Shown: one piece after another, positions 27,301 through 40,566 of the stretch
How the letters are laid out: each line of letters opens with the position of its first letter
Numbering within the stretch: the stretch's first letter is position 1
NCBI GenBank assembly: GCA_951406725.2
Contig: OX597823.1
Span: 26,536,001-26,600,000 of the forward strand
Length of the DNA: 64,000 nucleotides
Direction: 5' to 3'
Source of the DNA: Octopus vulgaris
Lineage: Eukaryota
Notes under the pieces: generated by a model
The model's database searches: none
Told to the model about the DNA's origin: nothing
What the model saw: the letters and a program-made list of their open reading frames with translations, nothing else
Made by a program: the position numbers and the translations under genes

Positions 27301-28745
27301 ACAGTCCAATATTTTGGATATTTTATCAATCCCAAAAGAACGAAAGCCAAAGCTGACTTTGACGGGATTTGAACTCAAAAAGTAAATCTCAAAATATTGC
27401 AGATAATTATTTCTGATACATTAACGATTCTGCTCACCCACCGCTCATCGATTCTCTAATTAATAGCGAGTATTTGACTTTATTTCGCTAGCCCACTAAA
27501 GCCTGAACAATGACATCTAATGCATTTTGTTCGATGTAGCCTAACCTTTTCTAGGACGGACACTGTCTTTATTGTAATTTACTATTAAATCAGTTTGGCG
27601 ATCAATCAATCGAACACTACGGTGACCATCTTACTGCAGTATGTTTAGTATCTAAGTTTTTCAATTCTGTATTTTAAGCACATTTACGAAAGCTTAAATG
27701 TGCTTAAAATTAGATTTGAGTTCGCTGCACAACTATTAGCATTCTGTCTATGCTTTATAAAATTTTCGTAAGTTAAAACTGATTTGCGCATTTACCATCA
27801 GAGTTTATTTGTTAGAGTGGACTCCTGCACCTTCAACTCTTGCATATTGTATTATTATTATTCAACACAGGCCAATGGAACTGACTTTTCCACTCTTTGT
27901 TATCTTGTCCACTATTAGTATTCTATGCCCCCCATTATATTAATATAATTAGGTAAAAGTTTACTGTGATGTCGTTGCTTGAGAATACGTTTTTACTTAA
28001 CGAAAGTCAGAATACTCCGAAATCCAATCACATGTGGTTAAAAGAGAATAAACAAGAAACAAAGAAATGAAATAAACACCACATAAATCTTCTATATTCA
28101 TGTGGAATACATATTACTGTCAATAAAATATTAATTTCTTTATGATAATAATGAAAAGTTAAAAGGAAAACTTCTTTTACATAATAAAATCCCTTCCCAT
28201 AAAGGATCTGTCAAGATGTATTATCAAGAACACATATATTTTCTCAAATGAACTAATCTAATATTACATTATCTGATCTAAACTTTCATTGTAGTAGGTT
28301 AGGTTAAGTTAAATAAGTCACTTAATGGAATATATAAAATATTTATACTGAAAATATGCTTCTGTGTATTTACTGTGCTAGTAATAAACCATAATTGTTT
28401 AATATCTAAAAATATAGAAAAACTATTAAATCACGTTTTGATGCAGGCATGGATGTGTAGCTAAGAAATTCGCTTTGCAATCACATGGTTTCAGGTTCAC
28501 TCCCACTGCACAGCACCTTGGTCAGTAAGTATCTTCTACTGTAGCACGGGGCTGACAAATACCTCATAAGCGACTTTGTAGAAGCCCGTCGTATAATATA
28601 TTGAGTCATCGCATAAGTAACGAGGTTTTTTATACTTTTATTTTGCAAAATTAAGATACACAAAGTTCTATTTTAATCTAAAATATAGTCTCCTTCATTT
28701 TCAACAATGCTCCTCCATCTATCCGGTATATGTACATATGTGTAG

Positions 28746-28781
<36 letters not shown>

Positions 28782-28785
<4 letters not shown>

Positions 28786-30692
28786 AATACAATTTACTTT
28801 ACAAAATTGGTCCTTCATCTAGTACAAATTATTGTAGAAATAAATTCAACCATTCAATTTGGGGGAGAACTTAGTTATGAAGTATTTTTCCATATTTTTC
28901 CTGAAGGAGGTGTCATTCTTTGGGCATTTATAGAAGGGAAAGATCTTAAATTTTCCTTCTCCACATGTATCTAGGTGTTTACTCAGTGGAATCTTTCGCA
29001 GTTCCTCCTGTCGGACATGTTGTCGGTGAATTCTGGCTCGTTGGAATAAAGAATTTCCAGTTTCACCTATATAATTCTCTTTGCGTGTGGGGCAGGTTAT
29101 GCAGTATATTACGTTCCGCGTCTTGCAGTTCATGTCTGCATTTACTTTGAATATGTGACCACTCTTAAATTTTATTTGTTTGTTTCCCTCTATGTATTTG
29201 TAGGTGGGGTTACTGCATATCCCACATCTACCATCTCCGCACTCTTTTACAAAGAATTCGGTTTTACTCTTTGCTGAGAATTTCTTGTTAGTTGTTTCTT
29301 CAGGTTTTTGTCTTGGCGTTTACTGTTTTTTATTCAATATTTGTTTAATATGTTTCCCATTTTGGTGCTTTGTAGGACTATTGGTAAGTTTGAATGTATG
29401 ATTTGAAACATGTTGGTAACTCCAGGGTTGTGTGTGTTTATGAAAGGGATGATGTTCTCTTTGTTTTTCGTTTTTGGAGTTCTGAGTTGTGTGATGTCCA
29501 GTTTCATTGCTCTTGAGATTCAATTTTTTAATAATTTGAGTGGGTATTTTTGTTCTAGTAAGAAGTTTTTAAGTTCATTTAGTCTCATTTGGCGTGTTTG
29601 TGAGTCGGTTACTATGCTGCAAATGCATCTTGCCATACTATATGGAATGTTTCTTTTTATGTGAGATGGGTAGCAGGAGTAGAAATTTAGATATTGGTGT
29701 GCGTCATTTCTTTTGTAGTTGATGTCTGTTGTGACGATGGAGTTGTGTATCTTGATGTTGATGTCTAGGAAGGGAAGTTCGTTGTGGCTGGTATTTATCG
29801 CGAAGTTGATAGATAGGTGCAGTGTGTTGAGGATGTTGTGGAATGTTCGTAGATCTGCTGATCTGTTCCAAAAGATGAAGCAGTAATCGAGGTAGCGTTT
29901 CCACTTTTCTTGATGTCTTCTCTGAAGTCGTGTTCGAGGACTTTCCCTATTTCATCGAATAGTTTGTTCTCAAGGAAACCCATCACCAGGTTGGCATATG
30001 AAGGCGCGAATTTTGTACCCATGGCGTGCACTTTATCTGTCGGTATGTCTTGTTAAATGAGAATGTGTTTTCTTCAAGTATTAATTGGGTGGCTTTGGTG
30101 ATAAAGTCTGGTTTGAAACGTTTATCTATGAGTTCCCTGTATTTTTCTATCCATTGTTTTATCGCTGCCAGACCCAGGATGTGTGGTATGTTCGTGTATA
30201 AGTTTGTGACATCGAAGCTTGCAAGTATGGTGTTTTCCGGAACTGTATTTGGAATGTGTGTGTCATCCCTTATGTAGCTTGGTATCAGTGGGCATAAAGG
30301 TTTGAGGAGTACATCTATGAAGTAGCTTAGTTGTTGTGTTGGCGCCTGGGGCCCTGCCACTATTGGTCTCATTGTGAGACCAATTCTTATATAATGGTTC
30401 CTCTGTTCCTTTATGACTCTGTATTTCAGAGCTTTTATGAACTTTGGGTAATCCATAAAAGTTGCTTTCTTTGGTTCTTGAGTTGCATAAATAGTCTTTC
30501 TCCTTGTCTGTAAAGGATTCCTGGTATTCATTGACTAATGTTCCAATTTTTTTAAATTTTAATTTTCCTTCAAGAAAAATATGGAAAAATACTTCATAAC
30601 AAAGTTTTCCCCCAAATTGAATGGCTGAAAATATTTCTATAATAATTTGTACTAGATGAAGAAACAATTTTGTAAAGTAAGTTGTATTAAAC
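28782..30692 (-). mobile_element. Penelope-like element (Neptune-like), decayed, with an inverted terminal arm
   Basis: RT motifs MRPIVAG, ASFDVTNLYTNIP and MGTKFAPSYANLVMG; GIY-YIG NCKTRNVIYCITC..YIGETG; 30566-30692 is the reverse complement of 28782-28908. Confidence 0.9.
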
Positions 30693-30695
30693 ACG

Positions 30696-30780
<85 letters not shown>

Positions 30781-31079
30781 CACGACAGAAATAGAGAGGC
30801 AGAAACAGGTGTCTTGCTATAGTGGAGGTACGTTGTTACCCAGCGAGAGAAAGAGAGGGAAGAAAGAAGAGAAAAAGATGGGAGAAAGAAGAGAAAAGAG
30901 AGGGAGAGAAAGAGTAAGGGGGAGATAATGAGAGGAAGAGAGAGACGAAGAGGAAAGTACAAGAAAGAGGACAGAAACAGGTGTGCTGAGATACTTGGTA
31001 AAGAGATACTTGGTTATCTAGTCAGAAGGAAAAGAAAGAGAGAGACAGAAAGAGAGAGAGAGTGGGAAATAGTAAAAGT

Positions 31080-31125
<46 letters not shown>

Positions 31126-31615
31126 CAGGGGAGAGAGAGCAGGAGAGAGAGAGCAGGAGATAGAGAGAAATGTTAAAGTGCCAGGGTATACTCACAAATA
31201 ATAAGGATCTGAGCATAGATATGATGGTAGAGTAAGGAAGAGAGAGGCAAAGATGTCAAAACATTTTTTCCCTCTTTCTCTCTTCCTATGCGGTCAGGTA
31301 TTGCCAAGAAGGCCCAAGTAGGGAGTGGGGTTGGCAGTGACTGGCGAAAACCTAGTTACAAAGATGGGGTGGATGGGGGAGTGGCGATACAGTGAGCAGG
31401 GTAGTGAAGGGAAAGAAAAGGATTGGAAGACAATCATAGTTTATGAAGGCGAAATAAGAAATCTAAATAAATGCAGGGCTTTAAATAATATATGGTTGAA
31501 ACGATTTTGGATATTCAAGTAATGTAAATTTTCATCAAATGTTTAAATCTGAAACCGAAACCAGATACGGGGTATTATGACTGATCTCTTCACCAGAGAA
31601 AATTATTTGTAGGCT

Positions 31616-31712
<97 letters not shown>

Positions 31713-31981
31713 TGTATGTATGTATGTATATGTATATAAATTTTTCAATTTGTTTACAGGAAACGTTTTGAATATGCAAATGAAGCTCCTCTTCTATTGT
31801 GCCGGCTACAGTCTATCGATGCTGACTTGTGAGCCAGTTTTTTTGGGGGTTACACTGAGCCGTACCGATATAATGTGGGATCAATATAGGAATGATAACA
31901 ATAATCCTTGGATGGAATTTATAAATATTTTAATGCTTTAGAATATTTATAAATTCCATCCAAGGATTAATTATATTATTA

Positions 31982-32029
<48 letters not shown>

Positions 32030-32325
32030 CATAAGGGACTAAAGCCATCTGAATATGGCTAGGGACAGGGCAGGGTGGTGGGGGTGTTACTGTTGCATTT
32101 AGCCCCAGGCGAACATCGACGTCACCAGAAAAGGCTCGACACCGTCACGGTGCCCTTACCGTGACGGTGTCGAGCCTTTCTGGTGACGTCGATGTTCGCC
32201 TGGGGCTAAATGCAACAGTAACACCCCCACCACCCTGCCCTGTCCCTAGCCATATTCAGATGGCTTTAGTCCCTTATGTTATCGAGCAGTTACTGTCTAT
32301 ATCCCTTTTAGAGAATTATTATTGC

Positions 32326-32357
<32 letters not shown>

Positions 32358-32360
32358 TGA

Positions 32361-32400
<40 letters not shown>

Positions 32401-32586
32401 ATATATATGTATATATATATATGTATGTGTGTATATATATGTGTGTATATATGTATATGTATATATATGTATATATATATGTGTGTATATATATGTATAT
32501 ATATATATATAAATATGTATATATATATGTGTATATATATGCATACATATATCTATATATAAATATTTATATATATCTCTATACAA

Positions 32587-32632
<46 letters not shown>

Positions 32633-32740
32633 GTATATATATATATATAGGTATATATAAATATTCATATGTAAAGATATATATGTATATGTATATATAT
32701 CTGTATATATATATATATATGTATATATATATCTATGTAA

Positions 32741-32784
<44 letters not shown>

Positions 32785-32910
32785 AGATTTTATAGTTTGC
32801 TTGGAGCATTGTATATGGAATACAATGTTCAAAAACTTAAAAGGCCAAACAATGCGAATAGAATTATTTTATCTCCTAGAAAAAACATCTTACCAAGGAG
32901 AGTTCCTTTT

Positions 32911-32950
32911 TAACACTGAAGAAGGGACTTGTATGTCCCGAAATATTGGA
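32911..32950 (+). ncRNA. Hammerhead core remnant
   Basis: CUGAAGA a gggac..guccc GAAA ua UU; stem I is not intact. Confidence 0.45.
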
Positions 32951-33054
32951 TACATATAAGACCAAAGATTACCAGGTAACCTACTTTTAGTTTACGTTAC
33001 TTCATCTTAAAATCTATATGTATTTTTGGGCCTTTTAAATCTTTCAACATTATA

Positions 33055-33120
<66 letters not shown>

Positions 33121-33274
33121 GGAAAGCATACGAATTAGATAATTATGTCTTACCCAATTTCTTTTCTCATCAGCGTAGGACACTACAATTATGAATAATT
33201 GTATATTAAATTTCGAGGTACTAGAAGACATCATCTCCACTCAGTATCAGTATCACTCAGAAGATATATATATA

Positions 33275-33326
<52 letters not shown>

Positions 33327-33509
33327 CATATGAATATACATATATATATATATATATACAATTGCAGCGTGGAAGGTGTTTATAAGCCATTTAAGAAACA
33401 CACAAAAGCCGTTCGATTCACTCCAACATTTAAGTTTAATTTGTCAAAATATTTTCGTCGCTAAAATCCGCGACCTGTTCACTGACAAAGTCCGTGCTTA
33501 GTTAGAGTA

Positions 33510-34322
33510 ATGAGGAATGTATCACCACTATGCCAACCACAAGAACGACAACAACACATCCAGCACTACATATTCCGAATGCAACGCTCCGGATACACAC
33601 AAGACGATAGAGTCAGGGTGTACAAAGGAGCGAAAGCTAGATTCGAACGCATTCTAGGGAACGACGAAAACGGTATATGCCCCCTGTACCGCAACAAGTT
33701 CTGGAATAGGTTAGAGAGGGACACCAACAAAAAGATGAGAAGCGTTACTTGGTACGATAACAGGAGATTTCACGGAGTGATGTTCGTTGACGCCACACCT
33801 AAGAACGAGCTAAGTAAGGCATTCAAGAAAGTCCTGCACACTACGGGCCTAAAAGTTAAAGTTGTAGAAAAGACAGGTAGGACTATCAAATCGGCATTAT
33901 GCAGATCATATCCATTTGATAGAATCACCTGTCAGAGTAATTGTGCAGTGTGTTCGACAAATCCACACGTAAATTGTAAAACCAAGGGCACTGTATACCA
34001 GATTAAGTGCCAGGAGGGAGCTTGCGCGGCTAACCCAGAGTCATACATAGGTGAGACCTCTAGAAGCATCAATGATAGGTTCAAAGAACACCTGGACAAC
34101 TACATTGAAAGGAAGCCAAACTCCATCTTCTACCAACATGCTGTAGACTGCCACAAGGGATCCTTAGGGGAGCTTAAGTTGAACATCTTATCAACACATC
34201 CCACCGATGCAATGTTGAGACAGGTCACAGAAGCTGTTTGTATACAAGAATACAAACCTACTCTCAACCGAAAGTCCGAATGGAATAACATCCAGATCCC
34301 ATTCAGAAGGACTATTCTATAA
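33510..34322 (+). CDS. PLE ORF C-terminal part: RT thumb/linker, Cys-rich linker and GIY-YIG endonuclease (5'-truncated)
   Basis: Open 270-aa frame: MQRSGY, PLYR, FVDATP, C..C..C, VYQIKC..YIGETSR..RFKEH..RQVTEAV..LNRKSEW. Confidence 0.88.
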   Translation: MRNVSPLCQPQERQQHIQHYIFRMQRSGYTQDDRVRVYKGAKARFERILGNDENGICPLYRNKFWNRLERDTNKKMRSVTWYDNRRFHGVMFVDATPKNELSKAFKKVLHTTGLKVKVVEKTGRTIKSALCRSYPFDRITCQSNCAVCSTNPHVNCKTKGTVYQIKCQEGACAANPESYIGETSRSINDRFKEHLDNYIERKPNSIFYQHAVDCHKGSLGELKLNILSTHPTDAMLRQVTEAVCIQEYKPTLNRKSEWNNIQIPFRRTIL

Positions 34323-35378
34323 CCACCCCTCTCTCTCCCTTTCACCTGTAGTCCTTACATACAGGTTGCAATGCGTATGTGCAGTTATATACAACGGTAT
34401 AAGCAGACGTTGTTTGATACGAACAGTTGCACCTAGGCGTTGTATCCATTCACGGTTAGACGATGATGAGAGGAACAAACACACACCCACACACACATAT
34501 ATATATGTGTGTGCGTCTATACAAACATATATGTAAATATGTATACAACCTTCAGCAAAGTAACAGTCATGTACACAACTTGGACGGACACATGCCAGTA
34601 CACGGACATACGTTCACATACACATACACATGTACACACTCTCACGGACACATCTGCCCATTCTCCTAGACACTCACATACATACGTAGCACATGAATAC
34701 AAACATACATACATACCTACGTATGGGCATACACACATACATACGCACGTACATGTACGCACACACATACATGGGCACATGCATACGAGCGCGTATACAT
34801 ACATACGCACATGCGTACGTATGTACATACACACATACATACATACATACATACATACATACATACGTACATACATACATACATACATACATACATACAT
34901 ACATACATACATACATACATACATACATACATACATACGCACATACATACATACATACGAACAATAGTAAAACATTAGTTCTGTGATATAGAGATAAAAA
35001 TCTGATAATAGATTTTAGGGTATAGTTCTTGTGAGCAAGCGTCATAAATTCACTTTCTAGCCTCGGCCGTAGGAAGTTGAAATTTGATAGCGTTGTGATG
35101 AGTGGTCACTCTACATCCATCCATCGCTACAGGTTTATAACTTTATGTTTTATAGAGTGTATGTGCGTGCTTATACACACACATACATATATACATACAT
35201 ACATACATACATACATACATACATACATACATACATACATACATACATACATGCATACACAGGCGTATGTGCGTACATGCATACGTACATACATACACAC
35301 ATGTATGCATACATACACGCATACATACGTACATATATATGACGAACTAACTGTTACTTTCTTAGATGCAGCACGGAC

Positions 35379-35428
35379 TTTGTCAGTGAACAGGTCGCGG
35401 ATTTTAGCGACGAAAATATTTTGACAAA
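35379..35428 (+). ncRNA. Minimal type I hammerhead-like motif with G3-C8 core swap (mirror copy on the - strand at about 33440-33489)
   Basis: uuuguca GUGAACA g gucgc..gcgac GAAA auau UU ugacaaa; 7-bp stem I and 5-bp stem II; lies in the PLE terminal repeat. Confidence 0.68.
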
Positions 35429-35566
35429 TTAAACTTAAATGTTGGAGTGAATCGAACGGCTTTTGTGTGTTTCTTAAATGGCTTATAAACACCTTCCACG
35501 CTGCAATTGTTTTCGTTTCAGCACACGATCTCAGATCAAATTACTTGCTATGCGAGTACATCTCCG

Positions 35567-35640
<74 letters not shown>

Positions 35641-35644
<4 letters not shown>

Positions 35645-38353
35645 ATCAAAATAAAATAAAAACATGATGCGAAGGATTCAGCGGTACATATGTTTCGGGC
35701 CTTTATTAGACAGATTTATAACAATGCATAATGTATGTCTGTGGCCTTCTTCAGCCGCGCACAACAGCTTCCGCAAGGACATGTGTTACATCAAAAATTC
35801 TTGGTTGGGGATGCAAATCCTCTCATTCACGTACGACATAATGCGGCAGCAGCATAGAATTGAAGCGTCCATCTCTTTCTTCTCTCAATGTAGAATGAGG
35901 AAAATTGGATGTTGAGGTAATGTAAATAAATAAATACATATATAGAGGTGAGGATGGAGGGGCGAGAGTTCGGGACGAGGGATAAAAAATGTATAAAAAG
36001 TGTAAGTATAGAATAATATAAAAATGTAGAGGATAAAGATATAAAGAGTTGTAAGGAGATGTAAAGGGGTATAAAGAAATATAAAGAAATGTAAATAAAT
36101 GTAAAGGCATAAGGTTATAAAGTAAAAATAGAAATAGAAGTAAAAATAGAAATAAAAGTAAAAAAATCTGATAAACCCATGATAAAAGTGTAAAATGTAA
36201 AGGCATAAGGTTATAAAGTAAAAATAGAAATAGAAGTAAAAATAGAAATAAAAGTAAAAAAATCTGATAAAACCATGATAAAAGTGTAAAAGAATGTAAA
36301 GATAAGGGATGTATAGAGGTTACGGACCAAGCATGGTGGTCAGGAGATTGGTAAAATTTAGTTGTAGAATTGTCAGTAAATCAACAGTAAATCAACAGTT
36401 TCGTCTGGGGACTTAATGCCTTGTAAATCAGAGCTGATGAGCATTTAATCTGGTTCCTTGAATTAAATGGACTTCTAGTACATACATATCATCATGGATA
36501 CATACACCCACATACACGCGTACATATACGCCTCCAAGCATATAAGCATACACACGCACTCGCGTGTAAACACGTACATAAACACACACGCACCCACACG
36601 CACGCGCGTACACACACATACATACACCAGAATATCCGCATATATACACGGACATTACGCGCGTACACGCTCACATGTATATACGCGCGCCCATCACTAC
36701 ATACACACACGTATATGCCCACGCCATGTGCGTGTGTGTGTGTGTGTGTGGGTGTGTGTATGTGCATATACGGTTCCCTGCATTTTCCCCCTATATATAC
36801 AAATTTTGTCTCCCATATATGACTTCTTTTCCCTAAATATTTCTTCTCCTACACCCATATCCTCCCTATGTAGTCTCTTTAATTCCCTATATCTATACCC
36901 TTTCACATTTCTAACTCAGATGTTGAACGCACACCGCCAAACTCCACTTCCCACCCTTCCAATTTTCAGTTCCCCCCGCCCGCCCCTACGTTTAACACAC
37001 ACCTCTAACTTTCAACCACCTCCATCTCATGTTAAACTTTACAAAATTATATTTTTATCTTATTTTATTTTATTTCTATTTTTACTTTTATTTTTACTTT
37101 TATCCTACTTCCATTTATTTTTAATTTTATTTCTACTTCCATTTATTCTCATTCTCTCTGTGTGTGTATGTGAGTGTATATGTGCACGCACATACGGACA
37201 CACAGCCGTGTGTGCGTGCGCGTATTGACATGAGTACGGGATTCTTTACTTACGTTCTTATACACATCCTTTAATATCTTATACCTGGACCTAGAGGCGT
37301 GGGCATATACGTGTGTGTATGTAGTGATGGGCGCGCGTATATACATGTGAGCGTGTACGCGCGTAATGTCCGTGTATATATGCGGATATTCTGGTGTATG
37401 TATGTTTGTGTACGCGCGTGCGTGTGGGTGCGTGTGTGTTTATGTACGTGTTTACACGCGAGTGCGTGTGTATGCTTATATGCTTGGAGGCGTATATGTA
37501 CGCGTGTATGTGGGTGTATGTATCCATGATGATATGTATGTACTAGAAGTCCATTTAATTCAAGGAACCAGATTAAATGCTCATCAGCTCTGATTTACAA
37601 GGCATTAAGTCCCCAGACGAAACTGTTGATTTACTGTTGATTTACTGACAATTCTACAACTAAATTTTACCAATCCCCTGACCACCATGCTTGGTCCGTA
37701 ACCTCTATACATCCCTTATCTTTACATTCTTTTACACTTTTATCATGGTTTTATCAGATTTTTTCTACTTTTATTTCTATTTTTACTTCTATTTCTATTT
37801 TTACTTTATAACCTTATGCCTTTACATTTATTTACATTTCTTTATATTTCTTTATACCCCCTTTACATCTCCTTACAACTCTTTATATCTTTATCCTCTA
37901 CATTTTTATATTATTCTATACTTACACTTTTTATACATTTTTTATCCCTCGTCCCGAACTCTCGCCCCTCCATCCTCACCTCTATATATGTATTTATTTA
38001 TTTACATTACCTCAACATCCAATTTTCCTCATTCTACATTGAGAGAAGAAAGAGATGGACGCTTCAATTCTATGCTGCTGCCGCATTATGTCGTACGTGA
38101 ATGAGAGAATTTTCATCCCCAACCAAGAATTTTTGATGTAACACATGTCCTTGCGGAAGCTGTTGTGCGCGGCTGAAGAAGGCCACAGACATACATTATG
38201 CATTGTTATAAATCTGTCTAATAAAGGCCCGAAACATATGTACCGCTGAATCCTTCGCATCATGTTTTTATTTTATTTTGATCAATTTACTCCACCACCT
38301 ACACCACCAAACGGTATACACAGGTGCTTATAATTATCAAGTACTCACCCCGA

Positions 38354-38357
<4 letters not shown>
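35641..38357 (+). mobile_element. Non-coding PLE-type insertion with a ~1-kb inverted repeat
   Basis: 35641-36725 is the reverse complement of 37296-38286 (nearly identical; the left arm has an extra tandem copy of about 95 bp); carries a hammerhead motif; tail of about 70 nt; (TA)n flanks. Confidence 0.8.
38169..38246 (+). ncRNA. Minimal type I hammerhead ribozyme motif (mirror copy on the - strand at about 35681-35758)
   Basis: gcgg CUGAAGA a ggcc..ggcc c GAAA cauaug UA ccgc: canonical core, stem I gcgg/ccgc, palindromic stem III. Confidence 0.8.
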
Positions 38358-38421
<64 letters not shown>

Positions 38422-38442
38422 GTATGTGTGTATATATATATA

Positions 38443-38841
38443 TACTCTTTTACTTGTTTCAGTCATTTGACTGCGGCCATGCTGGAGCACCGCCTTTAGT
38501 CGAGCAACTCGACCCCGGGACTTATTCTCTGTAAGCCCAGTACTTATTCTATCGGTCTCTTTTGCCGAACCGCTAAGGGACGGGGACGTAAACACACCAG
38601 CATCGGTTGTCAAGCAATGCTACGGGGACAAACACAGACACACAAACACACACATATATATATATATACATACATATATACGACGGGCTTCTTTCAGCTT
38701 CCGTCTACCAAATCCACTCACAAGGCTTTGGTCGGCCCGAGGCTATAGTAGAAGACACTTGCCCAAGGTGCCACGCAGTGGGACTGAAGCCGGAACCATG
38801 TGGTTAGTAAGCAAGCTACTTACCACACAGCCACTCCTGCG

Positions 38842-38845
<4 letters not shown>
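38443..38845 (-). mobile_element. SINE family 1, full length
   Basis: Head-to-tail match with the other copies. Confidence 0.9.
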
Positions 38846-38880
<35 letters not shown>

Positions 38881-39254
38881 TTTTATAATTATGAGTATAA
38901 TTATAATTAGGGTTCAGCAAAAAAAAAAAAATTGCGTCACTACATGCCGAAATTTAGAAATAGCAGCCAAAGAAACTAGCTATTTTTTCTACTATAAGAA
39001 AATCTCCCAGACTATATTTTCTTATAGTAGAAAAAATAGCTAGTTTCTTTCGCTGCTGTTACTAAATTTCGGTATGTGGCGAAGCAAATTTTTTTGCTGA
39101 ACCCTAATTATAATTGTACTCATAATTATAAAAAATATTGTTTAAGTTTATCGATAATGGTCCTTTTGTCATGCCGAATACTACTTGGTGAATTATTAAT
39201 TATTAATTAATTAATTAATTTTACTCTTTATTATTATTGATATATATATATATA

Positions 39255-40441
39255 TTGGGTTGGCAACTAAGTTCCCGCTGTTTTTTAATTAAAATTTTTA
39301 AAAGGTTTAATAAGAAATAACAACTAATTAATGAATAATGTATTCATCCTTGTTGTTTACAACTACTTCCCAACGTTCAACAAGGTTTTCAATACCTCGT
39401 TGGTAGAAATCACCCGATTTCGACTTTGATCCAACCAAGCTCTCAATTCTGCATCAGTATTGAATGAAACTCCGCGCATAGCATTTGAAAGAGATCGAAA
39501 GAGGTGGAAATCCGTTGGTGCCAAATCAGGCGAGTACGGCGGGTGTGGCAGCACTTCCCAGCCATGCGTTTGAATGGCTTCCTTGGTCATATTGGCGATA
39601 TGAGGGCCGGCGTTGTCGTGCAGCAGAAGAACTCCATGCTGACGAGTAGGTCTTTTCTCTTGAATAGCCGTGTTGAGTCGTTCCATCTGTTGAACATAGC
39701 CGCTTTGACCGTTTGGTTCCGTTCAAGCAAGTCGTAATAGATAATCCCTTCCGTTTTATGCGGATGAAGATCTTGTTTCACGTGCGGTGTCACTTGTCTA
39801 CCGGGGCTAAGCCATTCCTTACGCCGCTTCATATTGATGTACTGGCACCATTTTTCGTCGCCTGTAACGATTCGCTAAAGAAATCGCTGCTTGTGTCCAT
39901 GAGTTGAGCGGTAACGAGCAAGCAAACCAGCGGAGATTGTGTCTCGTTGATTTCTATAGCAATGTGGGAGCATTCCATTTTCTGTGCCAGTTCCCTTGTC
40001 GTTTGACGAAGATTTTCGTGCAAAAGTTGGTTTCATAGCAGCCAAAGAAACTCAACTGGACGGCCAGAACGAGGTGCATTTTTGAGGTCGAAAGTTCCAT
40101 TTTTGCACTTGGCATACCAATCACGACCGGTTCTTTCAGCTATGGCACCGTCTCCATACACAGCACAAATGTCGCGAGCAGCTTTTGCGGCCTTAGAACC
40201 TTGATTAAAAGCAAAAAGAAATATGTGTCGAAAATGCTCGTTTTTCTTAACTTGACATTCCATTTTAATGATCTGAAAATAAACAAAAATTAACTAAATT
40301 AACTAGAAAAAATAAGCAAAATAGATTCCAAAATGATTCAAAAATAAAATTCTCGAAAAAATAGATTCCAAAATTTAAAAACGCAATAAATTCCAACATT
40401 AAAAAAAAAAAAAAAACGGTGGGACTTAGTTGCCAACCCAA
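39255..40441 (-). mobile_element. mariner DNA transposon, decayed
   Basis: TIRs ttgggttggcaactaag / cttagttgccaacccaa with TA flanks; transposase pieces PRSGRP, LLHDNA and HPPYSPDLAPTDFHLF. Confidence 0.95.
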
Positions 40442-40566
40442 TATATATGTGTATGTATCTATATGTATAATATAGATAATTTTTTTTCGAATCTAAAAAT
40501 ATGTCTAGACAGAATATAATATCACAGCATTGGTCCTAGTCTTGTATATGTGTCCTATCTCTCTTT

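Larger units (their letters stand above)
33358..35568 (+). mobile_element. Young Penelope-like element (Nematis-like), 5'-truncated with inverted pLTR
   Basis: Inverted arms 33358-33498 and 35370-35510 with no mismatch seen; a tail of about 58 nt follows the right arm; (TA)n on both sides. Confidence 0.9.

Noticed and set aside
31760-31850. Good-looking acceptor tgtttacAG as a possible extra SRCR-gene exon
   Set aside because: No SRCR or linker-like peptide and no convincing phase-compatible donor.
36428-36480. CUGAUGA followed by a stem (catttaat/attaaatg)
   Set aside because: No GAAA or stem III follows, so it is not a hammerhead.
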